Below, one piece after another: positions 10,193-20,063 of a DNA stretch of 64,000 bases (positions within the stretch are counted from its first letter, which is position 1; the number at the start of each line of letters is the position of its first letter). Origin of the DNA: Oscillospiraceae bacterium (GTDB lineage: Bacteria > Bacillota > Clostridia > Oscillospirales > JAAYXM01). Below the pieces are notes generated by a model. That model ran no database searches. It was not told where the DNA came from and worked only from the letters and a program-made list of their open reading frames with translations. The stretch lies in assembly GCA_015068085.1 (NCBI GenBank), contig SVLF01000002.1, positions 39,861 to 103,860 of the forward strand, in the 5' to 3' direction. The translations under genes were made by a program, and so were the position numbers.

Positions 10193-11191
10193 ATGGATAC
10201 AAAAAAGCTATCACTTGCTTCTTTCTGTGGAATGTGGCAACATTTCAGTGACTCTCTTTATCCTTTTTTTGTCCATTGTTCTACTTTCGAAAATCCCCGC
10301 AAAGAAAACGACTTCCATTTTCATGACCATCCGCAGCTTTTTTATTGTCTTAAAGGTAATTATATATTCAGATTTAAAGACTCCTCATACAATTGCGCGG
10401 AAGGCTCTCTGGTCATAATTCCTCCGGGCTGCAGTCATGACTACATAATTGAAAAAAATTGCTCCTGCACAATTGCCTTCATTAACGTTATGCTGAATTT
10501 TTTTGACAATTTTTCAGAGGAAAAACAACTACGAGCAATCACGCATTTATTTCTGCCGGCATTTTCAGATAGCATCGGGTTCCACCCTGAACTATATATC
10601 TCATTGCAAGGCGAAGCAAAAAAACAAGCTGATGCACTCATCACAAAGCTCGCCTCATTAAATTACCGGCGCAGGCTTGCAATAATTCACGAGATACAAC
10701 AAAGTTTCTGCAATATCTTTATGCATAAAGAGTTCAAGTTGCATAAAAAAGCAGTTACTGCGGCAAAAAACTTTCTTATACACAAATATATTCCTGTCAC
10801 AAAGAGTATTTATTATATAAATATCAATTACAACAAACACATCCACAGCAATGATCTTCTTGCTATAAGCAATATGTGCCAAACAGACTATTTCCGACTT
10901 ATAAAAAAGATATTGAACTGCACTTTTTCAACTTACCAGCAGCTACTTCGCGTAAGCCACGCGATTATTCTTTGCTCTTTCTCAAATTATACTTTTTCAT
11001 ACATTTCAGACATATGCGGCTTCTGTAACCTTTCTTATATGGAAAATAGAATGAAAAAATTCAATATTTCCCCTCCGCGCGGCATGCAAAAAAGACGCTC
11101 ACAATATATAGAAAAATACCCTGAAATGATAAAATCACGTAGTGAATATGAAAATACGCTTCCTCTTTTTTATGCCTTCGGATTAAAATAA
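10193..11191 (+). CDS. AraC family transcriptional regulator (cupin sensor plus C-terminal HTH)
   Basis: 332 aa. N-terminal cupin-like segment (..GSLVIIPPGCSHDY..). The C-terminal two-HTH AraC signature is degenerate but recognisable (..LLAISNMCQTDYFRLIKK...SYISDICGFCNLSYMENRMKK). Confidence 0.65.
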   Translation: MDTKKLSLASFCGMWQHFSDSLYPFFVHCSTFENPRKENDFHFHDHPQLFYCLKGNYIFRFKDSSYNCAEGSLVIIPPGCSHDYIIEKNCSCTIAFINVMLNFFDNFSEEKQLRAITHLFLPAFSDSIGFHPELYISLQGEAKKQADALITKLASLNYRRRLAIIHEIQQSFCNIFMHKEFKLHKKAVTAAKNFLIHKYIPVTKSIYYININYNKHIHSNDLLAISNMCQTDYFRLIKKILNCTFSTYQQLLRVSHAIILCSFSNYTFSYISDICGFCNLSYMENRMKKFNISPPRGMQKRRSQYIEKYPEMIKSRSEYENTLPLFYAFGLK

Positions 11192-11232
11192 AAGCATCGC
11201 CTTTCTGTAATCTCTGAGAGTCGATGCTTTTT
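11191..11232. terminator. Hairpin terminator between convergent genes
   Basis: AAAGCATCG ... CGATGCTTT stem followed by TT, placed between the AraC gene stop and the stop of the 103-aa ORF. The loop is rather large. Confidence 0.45.
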
Positions 11233-11246
11233 ACTTTCACTTAGCT

Positions 11247-11558
11247 TTATTTTCGATTGGTATTATCTGTAAAACTTACATTATTTTCTTTCACAAAACG
11301 TACAAGATTTTCCTTGTATTCATTAAAATACTTCTTGTTTTGTGTTTTTTTGTAAACAATAGGTACACCAAGCTTACCGGAGACAATGGTGATAGTTTCA
11401 CTTTTCTGGGGAATTAGCCCAAGAAATTTAGACTCTCTCTCGTCAAACTGAATCCGAACTATCTCCTTGGCCGAAAGCGGGCATCGTGCAACACTGCTTC
11501 CGCCCGGAACCATAAAAACAACCTCTGTCTTGTCAAAAAATATCCTTTTGGGTGCCAT
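11247..11558 (-). CDS. Hypothetical protein (103 aa)
   Basis: Intact ORF directly downstream of the 322-aa gene on the same strand. I recognise no motif. Confidence 0.4.
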   Translation of the reverse strand: MAPKRIFFDKTEVVFMVPGGSSVARCPLSAKEIVRIQFDERESKFLGLIPQKSETITIVSGKLGVPIVYKKTQNKKYFNEYKENLVRFVKENNVSFTDNTNRK

Positions 11559-11587
11559 TGTAATATACCTCTTTTCATATTCACGTT

Positions 11588-12556
11588 TTAATTTGCGTAT
11601 TTATCTCTCGCTTCTCTGAACAGGGTGAGATTTCTTATAACATTGTCCATATCCTTCAGTGTTATGCGGCGCCACGGGGCAATCATAAACCCTTTAAGCT
11701 TATCCTTCGGCGCATTTTGGGTGAAGTATTCAACAATGTCATCGGGGTTATATTCACAGCCAAAGCATATTGATGCACACGGAACAATCTCATATCCGTC
11801 CATTGCCGTGGGCACTGCCTCATTCATAAAGCGAACACACAGAGGATCTTCCTCAACGTATTGCATATTCAGATGCTTATACGGTTCTTTTGAGTATCTC
11901 TCCACGTATTTCGGATTTGACGAAACGGGAGTGTAGTGTTCTTTCTTAAGTCCGCGATAATTCCACGGTGAAAGCAATATGTTTTCAGTTGATATATGCG
12001 CTCTGAATTCCTCGGGATTGTCTATACGCAAATCAGCCCAAATCCACGGCGTTACACCTTTATCAGCAACGCAATCGCAGAAAAACTGCAAATCATGCCA
12101 TATAAGCTCTTTGCGCCGATATGATACCATCTCAAAATTGTTATAAAAAAGCGGTTCTGCTTCTTCATCCATTCCGAGATGGACATACTGCGGATTATCA
12201 AAAAGCTCACAAACATCGTATATGATTTCACGGCAAACCCTGTAATACTCCGGAAGTCCCATCATTTTGCGGTAGTCTCCAAGCCAATTCTGGTGACATG
12301 CACTGAAATTAAGACCCGGAATGAGTGATACACCAAGCTCCCTTAATCGTTTTACCTCTCTGCGAATTTTTGCCCGCGGTAGAGCCTTTTTGCTTGAAAG
12401 CTCCGGATGAGAGGTGTATTTCACCTCATTGGCCAGCCCGAGAACGATAGTATCAATTCCCGTTTTTACACATTCATCTACAAGAATCTCCCATGCTTCA
12501 TCTTCAAAAACCGGATCAGACGTGTAATTTGCCAGATCCATATATAATGCCCACAT
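11588..12556 (-). CDS. Putative TIM-barrel glycoside-hydrolase-like protein (GH20-like H-x-G-x-D-E motif)
   Basis: 322 aa with no signal peptide. The segment YVHLGMDEE resembles the GH20 catalytic HxGxDE motif. It sits directly downstream of the GH95 gene. Confidence 0.4.
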   Translation of the reverse strand: MWALYMDLANYTSDPVFEDEAWEILVDECVKTGIDTIVLGLANEVKYTSHPELSSKKALPRAKIRREVKRLRELGVSLIPGLNFSACHQNWLGDYRKMMGLPEYYRVCREIIYDVCELFDNPQYVHLGMDEEAEPLFYNNFEMVSYRRKELIWHDLQFFCDCVADKGVTPWIWADLRIDNPEEFRAHISTENILLSPWNYRGLKKEHYTPVSSNPKYVERYSKEPYKHLNMQYVEEDPLCVRFMNEAVPTAMDGYEIVPCASICFGCEYNPDDIVEYFTQNAPKDKLKGFMIAPWRRITLKDMDNVIRNLTLFREARDKYAN

Positions 12557-12609
12557 AAATTTGATCTTCCTTTCTTACCATTTCATTTCAACCTCTTTAT
12601 CGACAAGTT

Positions 12610-14913
12610 TTACTTTAAAGCAAGATGAATCTTCTCATCAATATACAGCTTTATTTTGCCGTCCACTGCCGTGTATGTATTTCCGCTATCATCAACAAAT
12701 GTCATATTTTTCTGCGTTTCCGGAAGCTCTGCGGTTATTTCCGTTCTCGGAAAGTCTGCCGCAATGCATATGTCGCAGATTTGCATATCTTCCCATTTTA
12801 CATCTACGGTATACCCGCCTCGTGCTCGAAGGCCGCGGTATGAGCCGTAAGACCAGTCGTCCGGAAGCGCCGGAAGTAATGAAATCACTTTTTCATGGCT
12901 TTGAATGAGCATTTCTGTAATACCTGCACAAACGCCGAAGTTACCGTCTATCTGGAACACTTTTCCCGCTCCGCTCATACACAATCCAAACAAATTATGA
13001 CGTATTGAATGGAGAATAAAGTCATAAATCTTATTCTTTGCTGCATTTCCACGACGAAGTCTTGCAAAAATACAAACGAGCCAGCCATAGCTCAGCCCTA
13101 TGTTGTCAATCCCCATGCTTCCGCCCGATGACGCGGCAGAAAGCCTTCTGTCAACAGTAGTAGATACAGCTTTGTAAAGCTCCGGTGTTGCGCGTGTAAT
13201 AGCATTATCAGGATAGAACGCAAAGGTGTGCGACATATGCCTGTGAGCAATTTCCGTTTCTTCGTAATCCTCTATCCATTCCATAAGCTGACCGAATTTT
13301 CCCACTCGAAACGGAGGAAGCTTTGCTTTCGCAGCTTTTATTTTCTCTACACAATCATCAGAAATACCGAGAATCTCCGCCGAGTCAATAAGTATACGAA
13401 AGAGACCGCCAATAATTCCGACATCCATGGTTGAACTCATAGCGAGATAACATCTGTACTTCTCGCCGTTTTCATCCTCGACAAAATAGCGGTTTTCCGG
13501 GCTTGAGCTTGGCGCATAAACAAGCTGTCCCTTCTTATCTTCCATCATATTTTCAAGGAAGAATATTGCCGACTGCTTTATAAATTCATACGCCGTATTA
13601 CGTAAAAAGTTTTTATCCTTTGTGAACAGGTAATGCTCCCACATATGGAAGCAAAGCCAGCTTGTTCCGTGCGGCCACAAGCCCCAAAGTCCGTCCGCAA
13701 CAGAAGTAAAGCCGTAGATATCACTTAAGTGATGTGCTACGCATCCGTTTGTTCCGTAAGCTGTTTTTGCCGTTTCCTTTCCCGATTCGAGAAGGTAGTT
13801 ATTCATATAGTCAAACAGCGGGAGGTGACATTCGGATAAGTTCGCGGTTTCAGCCGGCCAGTAATTCATCTGCAGATTGATATTGAAATGGTAATCCGAG
13901 CTCCACGGAACGATCAGCTCTCCCGACCACAGGCCCTGAAGATTTGCCGGAAGCGTTCCCGGGCGACTCGATGAAACCATCATATATCTCCCGAACTGCC
14001 ACAGAAGTGTGGCAAGCCCGTGATCCGGGTATCTGTTAATTCCAAATGCCGAGCGGCGGAAACGTATCGATGAATTTTCAACCTCGGAAAGCTCCGGCAG
14101 ATTTATCTCTGCGCGCGACATAAGCGACAGAAAATCATCTTCATGGCGTTTGCGCAAAATTGCATAATCATTCTCTTCCGGAAGCTTTGCGGCATTTATA
14201 AAATCTTCGCCGTGTTTAAACTGCGTTGCGATATTGATATATACGCAAAAGCTCTTTGCTCCGGAAACGAAGATATCCCCGTCCTCACAGCTCACCTGTC
14301 CGTCGGATATCACGCGTGCTCTCACACAGAATTTATGCTTTCCTCTTACGGTATGTGCAACAGCAATAAGCTCGCCGTTCTGAGAACTTCTTTCCTCTGT
14401 ATATTCACGGTCAAAGGATATCCATGCACTGAGAGGTTCCTTTGATGACGTTACGCGGTAAGCAATAACGTTATCGGGATATGATGAGAAGCACTCGCGG
14501 GTATAATGAGAGCCGAAGCGGTCATAGGAAACCGTGGCTACACCGCGCATAAGCTCAAGCTCATTACGATAATTTTTGCAGTGGTCATTTTCGTGCAGTG
14601 ATATATTGAGAAGACCTGCCGATTCGTAGGAACAAATACGGGTAAAGCAATCCCCCATAATTTTATTTGCGAGCTTATCTGCTTCTGCAGGCTTTCCGTC
14701 AAGAAAAAGCTTGCGGATTTCGGCAATCTTCTCTTTCATTGCAGGATTCGGTCCCGGCTGCTCTTTGGATGACCATACGGTTTCTTCGTTTAAGTACAGC
14801 GTTTCACGGGATATTCCGCACCCGAGCACTGCTCCCAGACTTCCGTTTCCTACCGGAAGCCCTTCTTCCCAATTTGCCGGGACAGCATCGTTATAAAGAA
14901 CATATTCGCGCAT
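12610..14913 (-). CDS. Glycoside hydrolase family 95 (alpha-L-fucosidase-like), copy 1
   Basis: The N-terminus MREYVLYNDAVPANWEEGLPVGNGSLGAVL...LNEETVWS is characteristic of GH95. I place the start at ATG 14913, preceded by GAGGTGA. The ORF track begins three codons earlier, inside the SD sequence. Confidence 0.85.
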   Translation of the reverse strand: MREYVLYNDAVPANWEEGLPVGNGSLGAVLGCGISRETLYLNEETVWSSKEQPGPNPAMKEKIAEIRKLFLDGKPAEADKLANKIMGDCFTRICSYESAGLLNISLHENDHCKNYRNELELMRGVATVSYDRFGSHYTRECFSSYPDNVIAYRVTSSKEPLSAWISFDREYTEERSSQNGELIAVAHTVRGKHKFCVRARVISDGQVSCEDGDIFVSGAKSFCVYINIATQFKHGEDFINAAKLPEENDYAILRKRHEDDFLSLMSRAEINLPELSEVENSSIRFRRSAFGINRYPDHGLATLLWQFGRYMMVSSSRPGTLPANLQGLWSGELIVPWSSDYHFNINLQMNYWPAETANLSECHLPLFDYMNNYLLESGKETAKTAYGTNGCVAHHLSDIYGFTSVADGLWGLWPHGTSWLCFHMWEHYLFTKDKNFLRNTAYEFIKQSAIFFLENMMEDKKGQLVYAPSSSPENRYFVEDENGEKYRCYLAMSSTMDVGIIGGLFRILIDSAEILGISDDCVEKIKAAKAKLPPFRVGKFGQLMEWIEDYEETEIAHRHMSHTFAFYPDNAITRATPELYKAVSTTVDRRLSAASSGGSMGIDNIGLSYGWLVCIFARLRRGNAAKNKIYDFILHSIRHNLFGLCMSGAGKVFQIDGNFGVCAGITEMLIQSHEKVISLLPALPDDWSYGSYRGLRARGGYTVDVKWEDMQICDICIAADFPRTEITAELPETQKNMTFVDDSGNTYTAVDGKIKLYIDEKIHLALK

Positions 14914-14947
14914 TTTTATCACCTCAAAATTTTTGTATGACAGGTCA

Positions 14948-15850
14948 TCACACCGCCTGTGGATTTATTACTATTGCCGCTATCGCCAATATTACGGCGA
15001 GAACATTTCCAAGGCTTTGTTTTTCCTTGAATACCAAAAGCGAAACCAGAAATCCCCCGATAAGGATTATTGATGAATTAAGGACGGCATATGCCGATGC
15101 CGGAACAACGGCAAGCACAACCACCTGCAAAACAGATGTTATGTTCATCATAGCTGTTCGAATACCGATATTTGCCGCTTGCGGAAGCGTGTAAATACCA
15201 AGAAGCTCCCGCCTGCCGTTTTTTGAAAAAAATGACTTTTTCAATATTGCAAAGCGCAACACCGTTGCGCAGACGGTTACAATCATTATGTTCGTAAGCA
15301 GGAAGTATGAAAGTGAACTGCACACCCTTGTATCCTTGGCATAGAGCTGCATCTGAACAACCGGTGCTCCGTTCATCAGAAATACCATTGCACAGATAAA
15401 GGCTGTTTTCCACGACAGCTTTTTATCCTCTGCTTTCCCGCGGATGAACGGAAGCACCGATGCCGCTACAATCAGAACCGACGAGATAACAAGCCTTACC
15501 GTAACCGCTTCTCCGAAATATCCGATTCCGAAAAGGGACGGAATAAGAATGCTTCCCGACATTGCGAGAACTGCAACAACCGATACCGAAACACACTCAA
15601 GTGCAAAAATCTGAAATGACAGCATTGCTATATCCGTAATCGCATACACGACAGCATAGATAAATGTCAGCATATTTACATCGACGGTAAAGCCCGATGC
15701 TATGAAAAAATACACACACCCAAAGCTCGCGTTTATGAGGTTGTACATCATAAGATGCCGGATTCCCGACTCAGTCTTTTGCTGAAAGCTTTTTGTCAGC
15801 GCAGTATACCCCACAGACAGGAGTGAGGAAATGACAAGCATAATATACAT
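14948..15850 (-). CDS. Polytopic membrane protein, DMT/EamA-like permease candidate
   Basis: About 300 aa, almost entirely hydrophobic helices (roughly 10 TM segments). The likely start is MYIMLVISS (15850) rather than the upstream ATG at 15898. The family assignment is tentative. Confidence 0.45.
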   Translation of the reverse strand: MYIMLVISSLLSVGYTALTKSFQQKTESGIRHLMMYNLINASFGCVYFFIASGFTVDVNMLTFIYAVVYAITDIAMLSFQIFALECVSVSVVAVLAMSGSILIPSLFGIGYFGEAVTVRLVISSVLIVAASVLPFIRGKAEDKKLSWKTAFICAMVFLMNGAPVVQMQLYAKDTRVCSSLSYFLLTNIMIVTVCATVLRFAILKKSFFSKNGRRELLGIYTLPQAANIGIRTAMMNITSVLQVVVLAVVPASAYAVLNSSIILIGGFLVSLLVFKEKQSLGNVLAVILAIAAIVINPQAV

Positions 15851-15935
15851 ATTTTTTCTCCCTGAAAACCGTTTTTGTATGTAAATCAACACAGGCACAA
15901 TTATACCCTATACAAAAACGGCAAATAACAACATC

Positions 15936-16282
15936 CTACATTTTATTCTTCTGATAGTATGCAGAAACCTTTCTTATTGCGGCAACGGTTTCTTCAAGGT
16001 CCTGCGGTGTATAAACCTCTTTGCACTCGAACCGTACACAGCTCTGAAGAATTTCTTCTGCAGTGGGACACAGTCCTTTTTTATATTCAATTTCTCTGCC
16101 GTAAAACGGGCACGAAAACGGACATTTCATATCCCCGAATGCAGTCTGTTTTGTAAACATATCCATCGCATAAACACACTGTGCAATGTAACCTGCTCCC
16201 GCACCTATTCCTTCTGCGCGAAGTGCTTCCGCAAATTCCTCACGGCTGCATCCAAGCTCCTCTTCGTTAACACGTATAACTT
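15936..16282 (-). pseudogene. 3' remnant of a DegT/DnrJ/EryC1-type aminotransferase gene
   Basis: The frame is open from a stop at about 16283. It encodes VIRVNEEELGCSREEFAEALRAEGIGAGAGYIAQCVYAMDMFTKQ...CPTAEEILQSCVRFECKEVYTPQDLEETVAAIRKV, which looks like only the last ~115 aa of that family. There is no N-terminal PLP domain, start codon or RBS. Confidence 0.6.
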
Positions 16283-16347
16283 AGTTTAAAAACGTTTTCT
16301 CCGATCCGACAAAAATATTTATTCTTGGTACATTTCTTCTTTTTTAG

Positions 16348-17325
16348 TTAATCAAGCGCAAGAACAACCTTTCCTACATTCTGACCCTTGTAGAGAATAT
16401 CGTGTGCAGTCTCAGCCTCCGTTATCGGAAGAACAGCATGTATGGTAGGCTTGATGAGTCCTGCCTCGACCTTTGGCCATATATCCTTTACGAGGCTTGC
16501 AAGAATCTGAGCCTTCATCTCCGGCGTACGCGAGCGAAGCGTGCTACCGACAATACGTATGTTCTTTTTATAAATATTTTTAAGCTCAATGGTTGTAGTG
16601 GCTCCGGCAAGAGCTGCAATTACTATCCAACGGCATCCATATTTTACATAGGGCAAGCAATCCCCAAGATTCTGACCGCCGAGACAGTCAATTGCAATAT
16701 CAATTGCGCGACCTGCAAGCTCTTCGTTTTTGAGGACCTCCGGAAGACTTTGCTCCTTTGTGTTTACAACAAGATCCGCACCAAGGTGCTTTATGTTTTC
16801 AGGATCGGTAATAACACTTGTTATAACTCTGAGTCCGAAAGCCTTTGCCATCGGAATAACAACACTGGCAAGCCCACTTGCTCCCGCCTGCATAAGCAAC
16901 GTATCTCCGGCTTTGGCATGACCTTCAACAAACAGCTTTAGATATGCAGTTGCAAACGCTTCAGGAATTGCCGCTGCTTCTGCCATAGTGCAGTTTTTCG
17001 GCACCGGCATACACATATCATATTTGACAGAAACATATTCTGCATAACCGCCACCACCAAGCAGTGCGCAGACTTTGTCACCCGGCTTTAGATTACTCTT
17101 TTCTATCGCCTTGGCACCCATTTCCACTATCTCACCGGAAACCTCAAGTCCCATCCAGTCAGGACATCCCGGAGGTGGAGGATAATCACCTTCGCGTTGC
17201 ATCAGGTCAGCACGGTTAAGTGCTGCAAACTCTACCTTAACAAGAACATCCTCTTCACCGATTATCGGATCGGGAACGTTATCCCACCGAAGACTTTTGT
17301 CTTCATTTACAAGTATCGCTTTCAT
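16348..17325 (-). CDS. NAD(P)H:quinone oxidoreductase / zinc-independent MDR family
   Basis: Typical quinone-oxidoreductase MDR pattern (MKAILV...VLVKVEFAALNRADLMQREGDYPPPPG...; AGASGLASV). I prefer ATG 17325, preceded by AAAGGATG. Confidence 0.75.
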   Translation of the reverse strand: MKAILVNEDKSLRWDNVPDPIIGEEDVLVKVEFAALNRADLMQREGDYPPPPGCPDWMGLEVSGEIVEMGAKAIEKSNLKPGDKVCALLGGGGYAEYVSVKYDMCMPVPKNCTMAEAAAIPEAFATAYLKLFVEGHAKAGDTLLMQAGASGLASVVIPMAKAFGLRVITSVITDPENIKHLGADLVVNTKEQSLPEVLKNEELAGRAIDIAIDCLGGQNLGDCLPYVKYGCRWIVIAALAGATTTIELKNIYKKNIRIVGSTLRSRTPEMKAQILASLVKDIWPKVEAGLIKPTIHAVLPITEAETAHDILYKGQNVGKVVLALD

Positions 17326-17339
17326 AAAAAAACATCCTT

Positions 17340-18365
17340 TCATATTTTTATATCACAGCATTTAAGCACTGTTTTATAAAGTTCAAGCTCATAGTCCGGT
17401 GTAAACTGGTTTTCCATTTCTCCGCGAACCATTGCAGCAAATGCAGACATCATCGGGATGTATCTGTCAAAAGGACCAAACTTTTCTTTCTTTACATCAC
17501 TATTCTTCCACGAATATGTTCCGTCCTCATTTGCAAATGTGTATCTAACATCAGTTTTGAGATTTGAAATCTCATTTTCGTTATAGTAATCTTCAAGCGG
17601 TTTGATTTCATATGTTCCACGCGTTCCGCAAATAACTATTTGCCGCCTTGCAAAACCACCGGGTTCTATAGCAGCTGTTTTTGCAAAAGAAACGCCGTTT
17701 TCATACTCAAAAAGGCAGAATGTGTTGTCCTCTCCCGAAGCGTGAAGAAAACCGGACCGAAAATTATACGGAACTACTCGTTTGGGCATTCCCTGAAAAC
17801 GGAGTATAATATCAATCAGGTGACAACCGAGATAAAACATCATCCCGCCGGGAAGATTTGAAAGCCAATCCCGCTTTTCGCGAGGGTGAGTACAGCTCAT
17901 CTGTGCTTCTATTGAATATATCTCGCCGAGTTTGCCGTTTCTTATGAGCGCTTGTGCTTTTTGCAGTGCAGGGTTATAACGATACATATATCCGGTGTGG
18001 AAGATAATATTCTTTTGCTTTACCATAGCTATGAGTTGTTCAAATTCCCCAAGGTCAATTCCTCCCGGTTTATCCATATGTACAGATATACCGTGCTCGG
18101 CACACATAAGCGCATACTTCGAGAGGTCGCGTTCACATGTTTCAATTATAACTGCATCGGGATGCAAATCCCATATTTTTTCCAAGTCAATATGCTTATA
18201 TTGTGAATAGACAGCATTTTCTTTTGTCTTTTTTCTCGCAATCTCATCAGGCTCGAAATATCCAACAATTTCATATTCATCCATAAGCTTATGTACAGCT
18301 TCAAATGCGAAAATTGCATGGTCATGCAACGTTCCTATTTGTGCAACCTTCAGTCTGCGCTTCAT
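17340..18365 (-). CDS. Gfo/Idh/MocA family oxidoreductase
   Basis: 341 aa. N-terminal Rossmann segment KVAQIGTLHDHA and the general family layout. Overlaps neighbouring genes by 4 nt (operon). Confidence 0.7.
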   Translation of the reverse strand: MKRRLKVAQIGTLHDHAIFAFEAVHKLMDEYEIVGYFEPDEIARKKTKENAVYSQYKHIDLEKIWDLHPDAVIIETCERDLSKYALMCAEHGISVHMDKPGGIDLGEFEQLIAMVKQKNIIFHTGYMYRYNPALQKAQALIRNGKLGEIYSIEAQMSCTHPREKRDWLSNLPGGMMFYLGCHLIDIILRFQGMPKRVVPYNFRSGFLHASGEDNTFCLFEYENGVSFAKTAAIEPGGFARRQIVICGTRGTYEIKPLEDYYNENEISNLKTDVRYTFANEDGTYSWKNSDVKKEKFGPFDRYIPMMSAFAAMVRGEMENQFTPDYELELYKTVLKCCDIKI

Positions 18366-19141
18366 TTCTTCTGCTTCTCCAGATCATCAAGAAATCTCTG
18401 ACGGTAAGATTTTATACAGGAATGAACACCAATTCCCCACCCACCGTCAACTATAAGGTTTTGACCTGTTATAAAATCTGCTTTATCGGATGCGAGGAAT
18501 GATATTGCATTAGCGATATCGTACGGAGAACAGTTTTTACCAAGAAAATTGGTTGCACCGACATCACGCTTATCCCTCTGCACAAGTCCGGGAGAGACAC
18601 AGTTTACGGTAACGCCCATTTCACCCATTTCCTGAGCGAGTGCGCGCGCCATTGATACAAGAGCGCCTTTTGATGCGGAATACTCAACAGTGCCCGGCTG
18701 ACCGTTTGTTGCAAGAACAGAGGTGACGAAAACCATCTTTCCGAAGTTCTGCTTTGCCATTATCTTCGATATCTCATGAGCAAAATAAAGCGCACCGAAA
18801 AAATTCATCTGAATGTTATCGTCGATAACTTCTGCTGTCTGGTCACAGAAATATGCCATTTTTTCTCTTGTACTTCCTCCTGCAACAGATACGAACAAAT
18901 CAATTCTTCCGTATTTTTCATAAACATCGGAAACAACCCTCTTTACCTCATCACGTATTCTTATATCTGCCCGATGCACAGACACCTCACCATACTTCGA
19001 AAGCTCATTTTCCACTCGCATCAAAGCTTCGTAATTTATATCACAGATAGCTGTGATATATCCGTCACGCAAAAGTGTTTCGGCAGTATGACTTCCGATG
19101 AATCCTGCTCCGCCTGTAATTATTGCTATTTTCTTTTCCAT
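18362..19141 (-). CDS. SDR family oxidoreductase (KduD/FabG-like)
   Basis: 259 aa. TGGAGFIGS cofactor motif and the YSASKGAL catalytic Y-x3-K. Confidence 0.8.
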   Translation of the reverse strand: MEKKIAIITGGAGFIGSHTAETLLRDGYITAICDINYEALMRVENELSKYGEVSVHRADIRIRDEVKRVVSDVYEKYGRIDLFVSVAGGSTREKMAYFCDQTAEVIDDNIQMNFFGALYFAHEISKIMAKQNFGKMVFVTSVLATNGQPGTVEYSASKGALVSMARALAQEMGEMGVTVNCVSPGLVQRDKRDVGATNFLGKNCSPYDIANAISFLASDKADFITGQNLIVDGGWGIGVHSCIKSYRQRFLDDLEKQKK

Positions 19142-19244
19142 TCAAACATCTCCTTTTGAATAAATTATATTTGATTGACATTATAAAAACAATATGCTAT
19201 ACTACTAAAAAAAGACTATATTCTACTACACTGGGGTTGTATAT

Positions 19245-20015
19245 ATGGATAAATCAAGATTTTGTTATTCTCAATTCTCCTGCAGTTATGCTGTATTACG
19301 TACTACAACAGCTACCGGATATGACTTTGTTACAGAAAGCGGCTTTATCGCCCCGCACATTGGATATATCAATCGAGGAAATGCCGTTTTTTCCTTTGAT
19401 AATTTTACACTAACCGCTAAAGAAGGCGATTTTATTTTTATTCCCAAAAATCTCCCATACCGCTCGGTCTGGTGCGGAGAAAGCGGAATTGATCTGTTTG
19501 TTGTTGAAATTGACGCAGATTTTCTTGAAAATAAAGATATCCCGGCTCAGATCATACATACACCGGAACTGGAAGAATGCTTTCATAATTTATATATCAA
19601 AACAAGAGAAGGCAGCACCCTGCATGCATTTTGTTATTTCTTTAATATTTTAAAAGTAGGGCTAGAAAGACTTACGGTAAATCAGAAACCCAGAAACAGA
19701 CAAACAGCTCCTGCAGTCCGTTTTATAGAAAAAAATCACACCGCAGACTTCCGAATATCGGAGCTTGCATACATTTGTAATCTCAGTGAATCACGCTTCT
19801 TTACTGTGTTTAGAAAAGAAACGGGCTATTCTCCGATTGATTATAAAAATCTTGTAAGAATAAAACACGCTCTGATATATATAAAGCGTGATGAGCTGAG
19901 TATTGACGAAATATGTGAAAGACTAAATTTTTCCTCTCCGGCACACTTTAGAAAAGTGCTGCGCAAATTCACCGGAAAAACACCTTCTCAAATAAAAAAA
20001 GAAGCAGAAATGTAA
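19245..20015 (+). CDS. AraC family transcriptional regulator
   Basis: 256 aa. Cupin-like N-terminus plus a clear AraC HTH pair (ISELAYICNLSESRFFTVFRKETGYSPIDYKNLVRIKHA...ICERLNFSSPAHFRKVLRKFTGKTPSQ). Divergent from the oxidoreductase operon. Confidence 0.85.
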   Translation: MDKSRFCYSQFSCSYAVLRTTTATGYDFVTESGFIAPHIGYINRGNAVFSFDNFTLTAKEGDFIFIPKNLPYRSVWCGESGIDLFVVEIDADFLENKDIPAQIIHTPELEECFHNLYIKTREGSTLHAFCYFFNILKVGLERLTVNQKPRNRQTAPAVRFIEKNHTADFRISELAYICNLSESRFFTVFRKETGYSPIDYKNLVRIKHALIYIKRDELSIDEICERLNFSSPAHFRKVLRKFTGKTPSQIKKEAEM

Positions 20016-20024
20016 GTAGCAGAA

Positions 20025-20060
20025 CAACGGCTTCCGGATGGAAGCCGTTGCGGTTTTTTT
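20025..20060 (+). terminator. Rho-independent terminator
   Basis: AACGGCTTCC-GGAT-GGAAGCCGTT stem-loop followed by a T7 run, directly after the AraC stop. Confidence 0.8.
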
Positions 20061-20063
20061 GTG

